A stretch of DNA of 64,000 nucleotides. Origin: Lama guanicoe (Eukaryota). Position numbers and translations under genes: made by a program. The DNA is taken from the NCBI GenBank assembly GCA_013239625.1, contig MU054391.1:8341095-8405094 (forward strand), written 5' to 3'. The notes under the pieces are model-generated. The model worked only from the letters and a program-made list of their open reading frames with translations, did not search any database and had not been told where the DNA came from. Positions 63,739 to 64,000 of this stretch are shown piece by piece. Within the stretch, counting starts at the first letter, position 1; every line of letters starts with the position of its first letter.

Positions 63739-64000
63739 TAAATATGTATACCAGATATGCAATATACATGTGTTTACAACAATAATGCATCCATACATCC
63801 ATGTGCTCTTAATATATAATTCATATTTCATTTATGTGTGAATGTGAAATTATTCTATCCCTGTAATTCTCTACGGATGCAAACAGGATTAATAACATTT
63901 TCAACACAAAATAATGAGAAGGAAGAATTGTGCTCCTCATGCTTAGATGCCAAAAGTCCTCTCTTAGAATAATCTTCTGGGGTTCTCCCAGGCTCCTTAT

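Noticed and set aside
1..64000. Supplied 60-140 aa ORFs as protein-coding genes
   Set aside because: Many start at non-ATG codons, have low-complexity F/L/I/K-rich composition, overlap repeats and show no exon structure. The only recognisable peptides are broken L1 ORF2 pieces.

Overview
AT-rich, CpG-depleted mammalian non-coding DNA (intergenic or deep intronic). It is most likely from a camelid: there is a tRNA-derived SINE matching my recollection of camelid Vic-1 at ~33.4 kb and young cetartiodactyl-type L1 3' ends, and I saw no Alu, B1, Bov-A/Bov-tA, PRE-1 or CanSINE copies. I found no credible protein-coding exon, RNA gene, CpG island or CRISPR-like array. The listed ORFs are short chance frames or decayed L1 ORF2 pieces. 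Much of the window is transposon fossil: L1, L2, MIR, MaLR/ERVL/ERV1 solo LTRs and Tigger/hAT DNA transposons, often nested. Between them are repeat-poor islands with homeodomain-type motifs that may be conserved enhancers. The most interesting items are an intact MER41-like solo LTR with an overlapping STAT/NF-kB-like motif, a SINE lacking its B-box, an unidentified 227-bp segment between 11-bp direct repeats, and a perfect 30-bp tandem duplication. I see no evidence of a novel multi-gene system. Repeat subfamily names come from recalled consensus sequences and need RepeatMasker/Dfam confirmation. Boundaries of old elements are approximate.
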